From IMG/VR virus record IMGVR_UViG_3300013114_000583, positions 1-64,000 of that record: a stretch of 64,000 nucleotides of DNA. The stretch is one strand, 5' to 3'. The stretch's first letter is position 1. Each line of letters starts with the position of its first letter. The stretch comes from a virus. Under the pieces are notes generated by a model. The model was not told where the DNA came from, did no database searches, and saw only the letters and a list, made by a program, of their open reading frames with translations. A program made the translations under genes and the position numbers. Shown here piece after piece: positions 19,422 to 29,458 of the stretch.

Positions 19422-20951
19422 TTAAGATATTTGTTTTTTTACCAATTTGTTTAAGTGTATTTGGCCTTGGCTATTTGGATGGATTCCATCGCTGGAGGAG
19501 ACCATGCGCCCGGTGCTATCTCCCATGGTTCTGGAAATGACGGCTCCAGATCCAGGAATCTTAACCCATGACTCCTTTGCTATCCAATCATTAACTGATT
19601 CTATGTTTTTTAATATGCTAGACTTTCCAACATTGTGGTTTTTTTCAAATCCTCGAAAAGAATAGCCTGCCGACGGCAGTAATTGTATTATCGATACCAA
19701 TACATCTGCTTTTTGAGCTACTTTCGCCATTTCTTCTAAATCTTTTCTTACTTCAAGAGGGTTTGATATATTATTAATACCAGCAAGAATAATTATTCGC
19801 TTCATATCCGGAATTATAGCGTTTCCAGTTTGCGGATCAAATAAAAATTTATAAAATATTTTATTTTTAATCGCCGTCGAACTCCACGCACCTCTAGCTA
19901 TTTTTTTAATGCCTAATCGATCTGCCCACGATCCCTGAGCTGCAGTTATACTATCTCCGATAGCAATAATGCTGGAATTTGAATTATTAGTTACGATTCC
20001 ATCCGATAATTTACTACTTTTAGTTTTTACAGGGTCTTTTGAGAAACTAGAGCTAAAACCACCAACTGTACCGTAAGATACAAGGGCTTTTCCATATAAC
20101 TTTGGTCTAGTTTTTGATTTCCCGCCCTGACTTACATGTATTGCCCATTTCGGCAAGCAGCGAACACCAGCTCCCAATTCAGAATAGTTTTTGTTAAAGT
20201 CATAGCACATTCTTGAAGGATTTTCTGGACAAGCTTGCCCGTGATCTCCCGGTTCGCAGCCTCGCCGCTCCTTCATACCCTTTGGGTGTAAAAAATGCGT
20301 TGTATCCCCTATGTTAACAGAAGCGTTTCCGCTAAAACACTTGATTATCGTTCTTTTGGCAGTTTCCCATCTTGGGTTTGTGTTCATTTGGGCTAATGCG
20401 TCATTGAACCTCTTCTTATAGATCGGCCCGTTGTTCCAATTTGCGGTTGTTGGTTTCACGACATCATAAACTTTTTTTCCTTTTTTTGCGGCCCTATTGA
20501 TTGCAACTTGTATGATAGCTTCGTGCTCTACTTCGTTTCTGGCCCAAGAAGTTTCTGCATATAGCATTTGCCCCATATGTATCACATCATCTTCCACAAA
20601 ATCCCCAAGGCCCCTATGAGGACCCTCTATGCGACGAGATGCCATGTCTGAATACTTTTGCTTATCGATCGCCCCACGTAGAGAGCGCGCTTGATTCCTA
20701 TCAAGAACTAGGTCTTCGAGCTTCTTTAATAACGCTGGAGTTAGATTATACCGTTTTCCTAAAGTATTGAGCGTATTCCCCATTTCAGGTACACTTTTCC
20801 CTTTCATTAAAGGGGCTAGTTTATCAGACGCTGTTACTAACGAATCTAATTTTTCCAAAGCCTTGGCTTTATCAAGGCCCTTGGAGAGATCCTGAAACTC
20901 GTTAATCTTCTCCTCTGTTGGGTCCTTCATATTTTTTTGGTTTTGTTTCAT
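19422..20951 (-). CDS. SleB/Hydrolase_2-like cell wall hydrolase fused to SGNH hydrolase
   Basis: MLYAE..QVAINR..VYDVV..THFLHP; IGDSIT, AGINN, DGIHP. Confidence 0.65.
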   Translation of the reverse strand: MKQNQKNMKDPTEEKINEFQDLSKGLDKAKALEKLDSLVTASDKLAPLMKGKSVPEMGNTLNTLGKRYNLTPALLKKLEDLVLDRNQARSLRGAIDKQKYSDMASRRIEGPHRGLGDFVEDDVIHMGQMLYAETSWARNEVEHEAIIQVAINRAAKKGKKVYDVVKPTTANWNNGPIYKKRFNDALAQMNTNPRWETAKRTIIKCFSGNASVNIGDTTHFLHPKGMKERRGCEPGDHGQACPENPSRMCYDFNKNYSELGAGVRCLPKWAIHVSQGGKSKTRPKLYGKALVSYGTVGGFSSSFSKDPVKTKSSKLSDGIVTNNSNSSIIAIGDSITAAQGSWADRLGIKKIARGAWSSTAIKNKIFYKFLFDPQTGNAIIPDMKRIIILAGINNISNPLEVRKDLEEMAKVAQKADVLVSIIQLLPSAGYSFRGFEKNHNVGKSSILKNIESVNDWIAKESWVKIPGSGAVISRTMGDSTGRMVSSSDGIHPNSQGQIHLNKLVKKQIS

Positions 20952-21192
20952 ATCGATTTCTCACTGGTTCATGTTTGTGCTCTGCTGCTAATTGCATGGC
21001 AAAATCCTGTAGTTGCTTGATTATAGAGCCGATCTCATCTGCCGCCTCTGTATTCTCGCCATCTTCGACATGTTGTGAAGACTTTATTAGACTTTCTATG
21101 TTTCCAGGTCTAGCATTATAAACTTCTGGTCTATCTTGCATCTTCTTCAAAACTTCTTGAATTTTACTTTGTATTTTTGCTATATTTTCCAT
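20902..21192 (-). CDS. hypothetical coiled-coil protein
   Basis: MENIAK start overlapping upstream TAA (TAATG). Confidence 0.55.
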   Translation of the reverse strand: MENIAKIQSKIQEVLKKMQDRPEVYNARPGNIESLIKSSQHVEDGENTEAADEIGSIIKQLQDFAMQLAAEHKHEPVRNRYETKPKKYEGPNRGED

Positions 21193-24100
21193 TATCGTCT
21201 TCCTTTTTTCCACTGTTTTTTGCCGGCGGTGAGCGCTTTTATATAATGCTTCCGCCAATTCGCCGTATCGATGGCTGCATTATTTGAGTTTCTGGCAGCC
21301 GTTTGTAAAATGTTACTAGCCTGCTCTTCGGTGAAGCCGAACTTCGGGTTCTGTAAAACCCTCATATATTTCGCTTTTTTTTCAACTTGCGGGTCCTTTC
21401 CGCCCTGCCCTGCCGTTCTTGGCCTCATGGCGCCGCGCTGTTGTGTTAGGTCCTCACCTCTAGGCCCTGTGGTAATCACATTCGAAGGTAGCGGCCCACC
21501 TGCGCCTCCCCCGGCTGCTGCAGGCGCCGCTGCACCACCGGCTTTCGCTGCAGCGTCATCCTTGGGTGCTTCGCCCTTAACAAAAGCAGGTATTTGACTG
21601 GCCAGGCAAAGGTTTTTGTTTCTAAGAGACTCCACCAAGGATTGTAAATATCCATTTTGCGAAAGTCTTCCGCCTATACCTGCAGATTCAGGTGTGATTT
21701 GCATTTTAATCAATTCCAGGTCCACAGTTCTATAAACCTGTTGTACATCAGCACCGAAAGCTTTATTAATCTCGTCAACAATCTTCTGTTGGCCAGTTCT
21801 GTTTCTTATGTTAAACCAGGCGCCCTGACCAGAAGAATCTTGAGATCGTTCTAAACCAACAGTACCATCTTCCAACATAGCCATAATTATGGCTGTATCA
21901 ACAGCTTGCCCTGTGGCAGCAGGCCTCATTCGGTAGAGCTGTTGTAAGCGACTTCGATAAAAGAAAGATTTTTGGGTTCTCACTGTATCTCCCGTAATCG
22001 GATTCTTTAATTCAGCCACAACAGAATAAGCTTGGGCTACCTGTTTTCCTGATGGCGATTTAGACGGCGCCGGAACTTTCTTTGCGTCGCCAATTGCTTG
22101 AGACGTTGAATAAAGACTCTTGTTTAAATCAGTAAGTTTCGATTCAAGGTCATCTATATCAGACCACCCCGGAAAGTTAGCCTTGATTCCGTCCTTAGTT
22201 GGGACAGCGACCGTTCCGATGGCGCTCACAACATTTTCTCTGCTTATTCCGCCATGATTCCACCCCTGACCGCCAACTTCATCATTCCCACCATCTGAAT
22301 AGAGGTAAAACCTCTGAATTTCATAGGCTTTACCTTCTAGAGCCTGTTTCCAGCTTGGATCTGCATCCATTATCTTATTGATTGCTTCTTGTTCCAATTG
22401 TTGTTTCTTGCTAGCTATAGCCGCAAGAGATGCTCTCCACGACTCGCCATCTTCTGGCTTTATCAGTATATCAAGAACCAGTTTAGGCTTTAAGTTCTTT
22501 TTTGCGCACTCAGTGCCATATTTGGCACCTTCAACTATTTTTCGGTTAGGATCAGTTGGCTTTGCTGGTACTTTTTCTTTTTCAACCTTCTTTTCTTCTT
22601 TTGGACGCTTTCCGCCTCCGCCACCACCGGCTCCTCCGCCACCACCGGCTCCTCCACCGAAAGAACACAAGGCAGTTCTAATTTTGCCACCCTTGTTCCA
22701 GAGTATTAATTGGATTCCTCGACCACCAATTTTCTTAGCATTGGCTGCATCACCCGGAGTCCAGTTGCCTTTGTCTAGGCGGATCCACTTGCATCCTCCC
22801 GCGCCTGTTGGTGTTGCACCGCCAGCACTTGGATCCGGTTTCGTATATCCCGGATCGTTGGTGTCTGCATCCATCGCTGCCTCTGATGATTCGCACGTTC
22901 TCATTGCGACATAATGATCATCTGTGTCCCATGCTGCTATCGCTTGGGCCTTTGACACGGGCGGCCCAGGCTCGGCGCCAGCGCCTTTTTGGATTGTAAA
23001 CTCCGAACCTTCAGGGGCACCCTTTATAGTTTTGAGCCCATCTGGGGCGCCCCTGAATTTATTGCCCTTAGTCGACCAGCCACTACACTTCTTCTCTGTC
23101 TTCTTCTTTGTCTTCTCTGTTTTTTTCTTCTTCTTACTGAAAAGTGTTTCTTCGCCTGGGGCTTCAAATAAAAGATTTTCAACTTTTCTCAAGATATCTT
23201 CTTTTACTGCACCGCTGGCCACATCGGCCATTTCTTTGCTCATTTTTGCAGCAGTTTCGCCATCAATAAGTCCAGAAGGAGGCAATCCAGCTGTTTTTTG
23301 GAATTCTTTGATTGCTTTTTGTGTGGCTCGCCCACATTTGCCATCAACACAGCGCTCCTTCACTTCGGTTTTGCCACCACCAGTGCCGTCTCCACCACCA
23401 TCTTTCTTTTCATCATCTCCACACTCACCTTTAAGCCAGCATATTGCCCAGCCTGTAAGAGCCAGTCCTGGAATCCACAGCCATTTCCAACCTAAATGAG
23501 GAACAAAGTACATCCACCACCCTTTCTCTTTTGGAACCGGCACAGGTTTCGGCATGGGTTTCGGCGGCTTTGGTTGCTTTCTTACTTTCTTGCCGACTCT
23601 TCCCATATTTTTGCCAGCCGCGGCTATGTCCCCCGTTGTTGCGCCTTTTGCAACAGCAACACCACCTCTGTTCGCAGCTGAAGCGCCCTTACCGGATGCA
23701 ATAGTAATATCGCCAATAGTAATAGTGCGTGCCAAACCACCATCTTTGAGAAGTTTGATAAGCTCGGCCACATCGCCGGCCCCTCCGCCGGCCTGCGCTC
23801 CGGTACCGACTTTAGCGAGAGGTGTTGCATCACCGCCGAAAAGGGTCCTCCTCCATCTCTGTGCCTGATTGCCGGCGGACTTCGACAACTTACCGGCATT
23901 CGTCGCGGCCTTGGAGGCTTGCTGCAGTGCAGCCCTCGCCCGCTGGCCCGCTGGGCCCATCCCTCCTGCCTTTTTTGCAAGCTTATCAACGGCCGTCTTC
24001 ATTTTTCCGGCAGCTGCCCCAATCTTGGCAGGATCGCCAGATCTTTGAGCCACTTGCATTGCTTTCGCGGCTGCGTCGACCGCCTCAATAAGCGGTTTTA

Positions 24101-26627
24101 GCGTCAGTTGTTGGGCCGCGGTCAGTTCTTTTATAATTTTTATACCTTGACCCCACCCCTTTGCAGCGGTCGCAATGGCCCTTGCGGTGGCGCCGGCAGA
24201 GCCGCCAACCCCCCTCACACTCTTGGCGAGAAGATTAAAGAAAACCGCAGCATTCTCATTTAAAAGTTGTTTTTTGCTGCCTAAAAGAGCACCATCGATC
24301 TCTTCATTAATTATTCCAATAATTTCATTTTCTATGTCAGTAAATTTCATGTTGTGTACTCCAATTGACTCTTTAATTATGTTTGACTTATGTAAAACCT
24401 CCGCAACAAAAAGTTTTGATGGTTCGATTTTATCAATACCTTGATATACCTCTTTGCCCCATTTGCTCGGGTGCTTTCCGGCCCACGTAGCCCTTTCCTT
24501 TGGCGTGAAGGGCCCTTTATTGCTAAATACAAACTCTCCAGCTGGATCTGAACCCATTGAAGCACGATTTCTTTCGTGGAAAAACTTCTGTATAGATTTT
24601 AGGACCGGCTTCGACCCTCGACGCTGCAACTTTTTAAAAATATTTTGTATGAAAGGTTGGTATATCGACATTCTGGATTTATTTTCGAGCATGTCATCAT
24701 CACCATCAAAAACGAACGCCAATCTTACTTTAGACTTTGGTAAAAGTTTATCGTGATCAATATACCATCGCCAACGAAAGGTTCCGACTGAAGTCGGTCC
24801 ATCGCCGAAATCATAGCTTATTTTCAAGCCATCAGGTATTGCTTCTTTGAGTTCTCTTCTCAAATGTTTTATGTTTTTTGACCCGGTATTTCTGTTATAC
24901 GGGACAAAATCGATAAATATATAATCATTTTCTGTAGTATTTCTGCTTCCGGCTGTGCGGACAACTCTAGGGTACCATTCGGGATAAGGAAAGCTACCAA
25001 ACTTTTTAGCTTCATCGACATCTCCTTCATCGAACATCACCATACTTGAGAGGTCCATTGTCTGGCCCATCCCAAGAAAACCCCCCTTCATGCCCATATG
25101 CCCGCCATGCTTTTTCATCATTTCTGCAGCTTCTTTTTTTCTGACGCGCGCCTCCATCCTTTTGGCTTTTTCTTTGTTCACACCACATAAAGTCCAGGCC
25201 ACTTCATAGCAGCTCGGCCCGGGCGCATCCATTTTTTGTCCTGTTATCGTCGTCACAAAAGGCTTTTGCAATCTTTTGAGGCCATGTTTTCTTTGAAATT
25301 CACCCCAGGCACCTTCTCCTTTACACCACGCACATTTTCGTTCATCATCCCAATGAGCCCAATCTTTGAACGTTCGAACATCAACATTTTCGAGTTGCTT
25401 CTTTTTTGCAAGGGCAATTCTTTTCTCTTCTGCTGAATCAAAGCTTTGGCCGGCAAAATCCATGCCTTGCGCAAAATTCTTATAACAGTCAGCCCAGTCA
25501 TCGAAAGCCCCACAAAGATCATTTATCAATAAACCGGCTTCAACAATCCACCCAATTGGCCCAAGGTATTTGATAAATGCTCTCCCAAGCAGACCTAAAC
25601 CCTTCCATCCTAAATTTAAACCATATTTTGCAGCCGTCTTCGCAAGTTCTTTTTCTATTATTTTTTGCGCAAGCTTTTCTGAAATCTTTACGCCGCCCTT
25701 TTCGGACAATTTCTTCATTGTATTTCTAGCAAATTCTTTGGCGCCTTCCTCCAGGACTTCTTTTGTAAGCGTAATTCCAGCTTTCTTGGCGGCTTCCCGA
25801 GCTGCTTTCCTGTAAGCAGATCTCAACTTAGAATCAACACCTCTGAGCGTACTGCGGCCTTTTAGCATACCTTTTGCTCCGGCGTGAGCTAAACCTTTAG
25901 CTGCAGCCTGGGCTCCTTGACGATATCGTTGAAATAAGACAGCATCATAAATACTAAGGGCAGACATTGCACTTCGCGCCCATCCTTCACGCGTCGCAAA
26001 CTTATATTCAATACCCATTGCTAGGCTGTCAGTTAACCCTCTTGATTTCATCCATCTTTTATCAAATTCTTTTTTAACTTCTGGTGATAATGTTGTAAGC
26101 CACACCATTTGTTGCGCAACCCAGGTCTCACCCATCGCTGCCATCACTGGGTGTAGATATTTTTCTTTAAGTGATGGGTCTTTTATGCCCATAGCAAGTT
26201 TATTTAAATCGATGGCTCCACCGGTGGCGTTTTTGACTTTTTTATTAGCTCGGATAAGGGGTAGGGCTACTCTTTTTCTATATTTTGAAATATTTTGAAT
26301 TGAAGCTTCAATTCTTTTTCTTATTTGCAAACAAGCTTCATGTGAGGGCCCTCCGACATCTGCTTTTGCAGTTTTGCAACCGCCAAGTCCAGAGTTCCAT
26401 GCTCTCGTTACACGTTCTTGTTTTTCGTCTACTTTCGCCCAACCACTGAGAAATTCTTTCGCTTCTTCTTCGTTGCCTTTTTTAAGTATTTTGTGTGGTT
26501 CTCTTCCTCGAAACCGCGCTATTTCTTGTTCTAATTCTTTTACTGCTTGAAGAATCGCACCTAGATCACCAGCTACTTTAGGTTCTTCATGAAGCGACAT
26601 TTCATTTAAAGGCACTTTTTTCGTCAT
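21192..26627 (-). CDS. large virion-associated protein with peptidoglycan-binding domain and TM segment
   Basis: 1811 aa; Ala/Lys/Gly-rich helices; VDGKCGRATQKAIKEFQ..GL..SG PG-binding motif; WLWIPGLALTGWAICW. Confidence 0.75.
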   Translation of the reverse strand: MTKKVPLNEMSLHEEPKVAGDLGAILQAVKELEQEIARFRGREPHKILKKGNEEEAKEFLSGWAKVDEKQERVTRAWNSGLGGCKTAKADVGGPSHEACLQIRKRIEASIQNISKYRKRVALPLIRANKKVKNATGGAIDLNKLAMGIKDPSLKEKYLHPVMAAMGETWVAQQMVWLTTLSPEVKKEFDKRWMKSRGLTDSLAMGIEYKFATREGWARSAMSALSIYDAVLFQRYRQGAQAAAKGLAHAGAKGMLKGRSTLRGVDSKLRSAYRKAAREAAKKAGITLTKEVLEEGAKEFARNTMKKLSEKGGVKISEKLAQKIIEKELAKTAAKYGLNLGWKGLGLLGRAFIKYLGPIGWIVEAGLLINDLCGAFDDWADCYKNFAQGMDFAGQSFDSAEEKRIALAKKKQLENVDVRTFKDWAHWDDERKCAWCKGEGAWGEFQRKHGLKRLQKPFVTTITGQKMDAPGPSCYEVAWTLCGVNKEKAKRMEARVRKKEAAEMMKKHGGHMGMKGGFLGMGQTMDLSSMVMFDEGDVDEAKKFGSFPYPEWYPRVVRTAGSRNTTENDYIFIDFVPYNRNTGSKNIKHLRRELKEAIPDGLKISYDFGDGPTSVGTFRWRWYIDHDKLLPKSKVRLAFVFDGDDDMLENKSRMSIYQPFIQNIFKKLQRRGSKPVLKSIQKFFHERNRASMGSDPAGEFVFSNKGPFTPKERATWAGKHPSKWGKEVYQGIDKIEPSKLFVAEVLHKSNIIKESIGVHNMKFTDIENEIIGIINEEIDGALLGSKKQLLNENAAVFFNLLAKSVRGVGGSAGATARAIATAAKGWGQGIKIIKELTAAQQLTLKPLIEAVDAAAKAMQVAQRSGDPAKIGAAAGKMKTAVDKLAKKAGGMGPAGQRARAALQQASKAATNAGKLSKSAGNQAQRWRRTLFGGDATPLAKVGTGAQAGGGAGDVAELIKLLKDGGLARTITIGDITIASGKGASAANRGGVAVAKGATTGDIAAAGKNMGRVGKKVRKQPKPPKPMPKPVPVPKEKGWWMYFVPHLGWKWLWIPGLALTGWAICWLKGECGDDEKKDGGGDGTGGGKTEVKERCVDGKCGRATQKAIKEFQKTAGLPPSGLIDGETAAKMSKEMADVASGAVKEDILRKVENLLFEAPGEETLFSKKKKKTEKTKKKTEKKCSGWSTKGNKFRGAPDGLKTIKGAPEGSEFTIQKGAGAEPGPPVSKAQAIAAWDTDDHYVAMRTCESSEAAMDADTNDPGYTKPDPSAGGATPTGAGGCKWIRLDKGNWTPGDAANAKKIGGRGIQLILWNKGGKIRTALCSFGGGAGGGGGAGGGGGGKRPKEEKKVEKEKVPAKPTDPNRKIVEGAKYGTECAKKNLKPKLVLDILIKPEDGESWRASLAAIASKKQQLEQEAINKIMDADPSWKQALEGKAYEIQRFYLYSDGGNDEVGGQGWNHGGISRENVVSAIGTVAVPTKDGIKANFPGWSDIDDLESKLTDLNKSLYSTSQAIGDAKKVPAPSKSPSGKQVAQAYSVVAELKNPITGDTVRTQKSFFYRSRLQQLYRMRPAATGQAVDTAIIMAMLEDGTVGLERSQDSSGQGAWFNIRNRTGQQKIVDEINKAFGADVQQVYRTVDLELIKMQITPESAGIGGRLSQNGYLQSLVESLRNKNLCLASQIPAFVKGEAPKDDAAAKAGGAAAPAAAGGGAGGPLPSNVITTGPRGEDLTQQRGAMRPRTAGQGGKDPQVEKKAKYMRVLQNPKFGFTEEQASNILQTAARNSNNAAIDTANWRKHYIKALTAGKKQWKKGRR

Positions 26628-26635
26628 GGGTTTTC

Positions 26636-28342
26636 CTATGGGTTATCTATTATTTTCCCGGCTGCCTTTCCAGAGCTTCTAAAGTTCGGAGTCGCATGGC
26701 CCTGGGCACCGAATTCTTTGGCATTTTTATGAAATTTAGCAAGAGCCGGCTTCAGAGCTGCCCATGCAGCATCGCTCGCCTTCACGAATACCTGCGACGT
26801 CGCGCGGTTATTGATATCCCAATTTTGTAACTTGAAAACCTCTTCGGCAGCCGGCCAAAGGTATGAACGCACTGCTTTTTGAAATTTAGATGTAAAAGCT
26901 TCAAGAGTATTATACTTTGCATTGGTGAACAGCCACGAATCGCGACCTGCAGGCGCTTTCATTTTGTTAAATTTTCTAAATTTGTCTTTAATAATTTCAA
27001 CAAACTTCTTTTTCAACTGTTGAGAGATCATCTCAGCTCCGGACGCGTCAGAACCGCTCTTTAATGCGCTCATGTGGCCAGTATCATCTTCGGGTCTGGC
27101 GACCATCCCCATGCCAGGCTTCTCACCTGATATTTCTCCAGCGCCCTGTTTAACACCCAGGCCGGCAGACGCTTTTGCTGCCAAAACAGGAAAGGATGCC
27201 GAACCCAAAATGCCGTCATCAACAAGTTGTTTGCCATCGGCATCTTTGTGATCTCTTTGAAAAGCCTTTATGGCTTCTTTTGTTATGGGTCCACACTGTC
27301 CGTCGACGCCGCAATCCCCAGGGCCGCGGCCACCATTGCATATCCATGGATCTGGGACTTTTTTGTTCTTTCCTCGACTAAAATATCCCCCATCGAGCAA
27401 TTGCGCTTGGATCGCCGTCATGACTTTCTTTCTATCATCACTCCAACCAACTGCTGCTGCTGCTGATTCAGTATAACAATTAGAGGACCTCTTCTTTCGA
27501 ATTCTTGTTTTTTCTGGAGCGTCCGGTACGCCCAACGTAGCTGCCGTCGGTAATGTCGGTAAAGGTTGCCCTGCTAGGTCATGACCCATCCCACCGGCGC
27601 CATGTGTTTGCACGCCCATGGGATCGCCACCAATCGCTGGCCCCAATGCGCTCAGAGGCTCCTGTCGCTTTGTTGGCTTAAACCTATCAGCACTCTGATC
27701 ACCACCTGTGTCTCCTATCCCAAGTTTTCTTATTCGGCTTTGCAGATTTGTTGCCAGACTCTTACGTCCCTTCGTCACAATCCTCCCATTGGGCTTCTGA
27801 TATTGGGCCTGAGTCCGGACTCTCTCGGCCCTTACTTTCACCCAGTTTATTGAATTTGGACTACTTAAAGCTTCTTGAAGCCAGCCGGCCATATCGCGAT
27901 TGAATTTGCTTGCTCTAAACTTTCGTAAAGGGGAATATCTCTTGCTTGCTCCCGAGGCATCAGTACCACCTAAACTTAGCCAATATTCTCTTAAATCATC
28001 ATGTTTAAGTGGTAAAATTTTGTATAATTTTCCAGGGGCCTCCATGATTATCTGATAGCCCCATTTCACCCGACCAGAATCAGCGCTGACCACATGGCCT
28101 TCTTTTCCTGGCTCTGTTCTCCTGAATGAAAATTGTATAAAGGCAAGTTTTCCTCCCCAATCTTCTTGTTCTTCAAGGGCGCCTCTGATTGCACTCATCA
28201 TAACACCGCCGTCATCAATGGCTTCTTTTAATAATTTTTTGCTTTCCGATAAGATTCGAACTTTAATACCTCTTGGCTTGGTTGGGGTGCTTTTTTTGTT
28301 TTTAGATTCGGATATAACTCGAATTTTAACGTCTTTTGACAT
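26636..28342 (-). CDS. peptidoglycan-binding domain protein
   Basis: VDGQCGPITKEAIKAFQ...LVDDGILG. Confidence 0.75.
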   Translation of the reverse strand: MSKDVKIRVISESKNKKSTPTKPRGIKVRILSESKKLLKEAIDDGGVMMSAIRGALEEQEDWGGKLAFIQFSFRRTEPGKEGHVVSADSGRVKWGYQIIMEAPGKLYKILPLKHDDLREYWLSLGGTDASGASKRYSPLRKFRASKFNRDMAGWLQEALSSPNSINWVKVRAERVRTQAQYQKPNGRIVTKGRKSLATNLQSRIRKLGIGDTGGDQSADRFKPTKRQEPLSALGPAIGGDPMGVQTHGAGGMGHDLAGQPLPTLPTAATLGVPDAPEKTRIRKKRSSNCYTESAAAAVGWSDDRKKVMTAIQAQLLDGGYFSRGKNKKVPDPWICNGGRGPGDCGVDGQCGPITKEAIKAFQRDHKDADGKQLVDDGILGSASFPVLAAKASAGLGVKQGAGEISGEKPGMGMVARPEDDTGHMSALKSGSDASGAEMISQQLKKKFVEIIKDKFRKFNKMKAPAGRDSWLFTNAKYNTLEAFTSKFQKAVRSYLWPAAEEVFKLQNWDINNRATSQVFVKASDAAWAALKPALAKFHKNAKEFGAQGHATPNFRSSGKAAGKIIDNP

Positions 28343-28495
28343 GATTTGGATACTCCTGTGGATGAAAAATAAATTTAAGACACAATAATTAGTTACTTTT
28401 TGGTCATTTATGCTGCTTTATGATGAAAATGTGCCTTTGTTGTGTTTAAAAAGATTTATTGATAAAATATTTACTACTATAACAAAAATAAGACT

Positions 28496-28912
28496 TTAAT
28501 TAAAAAAAACAGCCATATAAGTTGCAATTGCAGGCAATCCAATTATTTTTTTTGAATTTTCATCCTTTTTTTTGTCTAAAACAAAGAAAGTGGGTATGCT
28601 ATCGACCGACATTTTGCTTGCCATCTCATTAACCCACCCTTCTGCCACATTCAGCACTAAAACTTGTTTATCCCACCCTTCCTTCTTCATTATTCTAGCC
28701 AAACGGTCGCAGGATGGACAACCAGGCCCTGAAAAAAGTACATAAATTGGATTTGTGTCGTCTTTCAAAGCTAATTGACAATCTTCTGGGGTGGCCCACG
28801 GCATTTTTTGAATTCTTGTGGACTCTGTCTTGCAAACTTTGTTTCTTTCTACTCTTTGCAAGCTGCAGCCCCATAATAGAAGTGCGATACTCAAGCAAAT
28901 AAAATATTTCAC
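28496..28912 (-). CDS. thioredoxin-like lipoprotein
   Basis: LWGC lipobox; CPSC; SIPT cis-Pro loop. Confidence 0.7.
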   Translation of the reverse strand: MKYFICLSIALLLWGCSLQRVERNKVCKTESTRIQKMPWATPEDCQLALKDDTNPIYVLFSGPGCPSCDRLARIMKKEGWDKQVLVLNVAEGWVNEMASKMSVDSIPTFFVLDKKKDENSKKIIGLPAIATYMAVFFN

Positions 28913-29073
28913 TATTTTCTCCTTCCTTGTATGTTTTTTCGAGTTTTTTTCTCTAAAATTTTTACTTTTTTCTCCAAATTATCGACCCTATCTTCAAAAG
29001 TGTAGTATACTCCGGCTAATGACACTGCCAAAACGACTATAGTGATCACAGTTGAGAGGTCTAACTTGCTCAT
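28912..29073 (-). CDS. small TM plus coiled-coil protein (53 aa)
   Basis: MSKLDLSTVITIVVLAVSLAGVYYTFEDRVDNLEKK...; GGAG SD; TAGTG coupling; below ORF-track cutoff. Confidence 0.6.
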   Translation of the reverse strand: MSKLDLSTVITIVVLAVSLAGVYYTFEDRVDNLEKKVKILEKKTRKNIQGRRK

Positions 29074-29115
29074 TTGCTCCAAAGGTCCTAAAATAATTAG
29101 AAAAAAATTGATTTT

Positions 29116-29385
29116 TTATCTTAATGATGGATCCTTGGCTGTATTTTTTAAATTTGGAAGAAAACTTTTCTTTAATTTGAGCAAACGATCAAACTTTGCT
29201 CTTTGTTTGGGATCAATGTAAAGAATTTTAGGTTTCGTTATCTTTCCATCAATCAAAAGATCATCAAAATTATAAAATTTTGTTTTGTAGGGAGGGGTTG
29301 TTGGCGCTGCTAACACTTGAGTGGCGATTATTAAAAATATAGTAAGAAAAAAGCATGCTTTTTTTAATATTTTTTTATAAAACAC
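29116..29385 (-). CDS. secreted GltF/CglF-like protein
   Basis: signal peptide then YNFDDLLIDGKITKP..Y...FDRLLKLKKSF, resembling myxobacterial gliding protein GltF/CglF. Confidence 0.55.
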   Translation of the reverse strand: MFYKKILKKACFFLTIFLIIATQVLAAPTTPPYKTKFYNFDDLLIDGKITKPKILYIDPKQRAKFDRLLKLKKSFLPNLKNTAKDPSLR

Positions 29386-29458
29386 GAATTTTAGCCTCTC
29401 AAAATAGTTTAACTCCTGTTTTAACTAGAAAATTCGTGTTTTTTTGTGTTTTATTTTT

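Noticed and set aside
21192-26627. Tape measure protein call
   Set aside because: Helical Ala/Lys-rich and large, but no tail-assembly context or periodic aromatic repeats were recognised; left as virion-associated.
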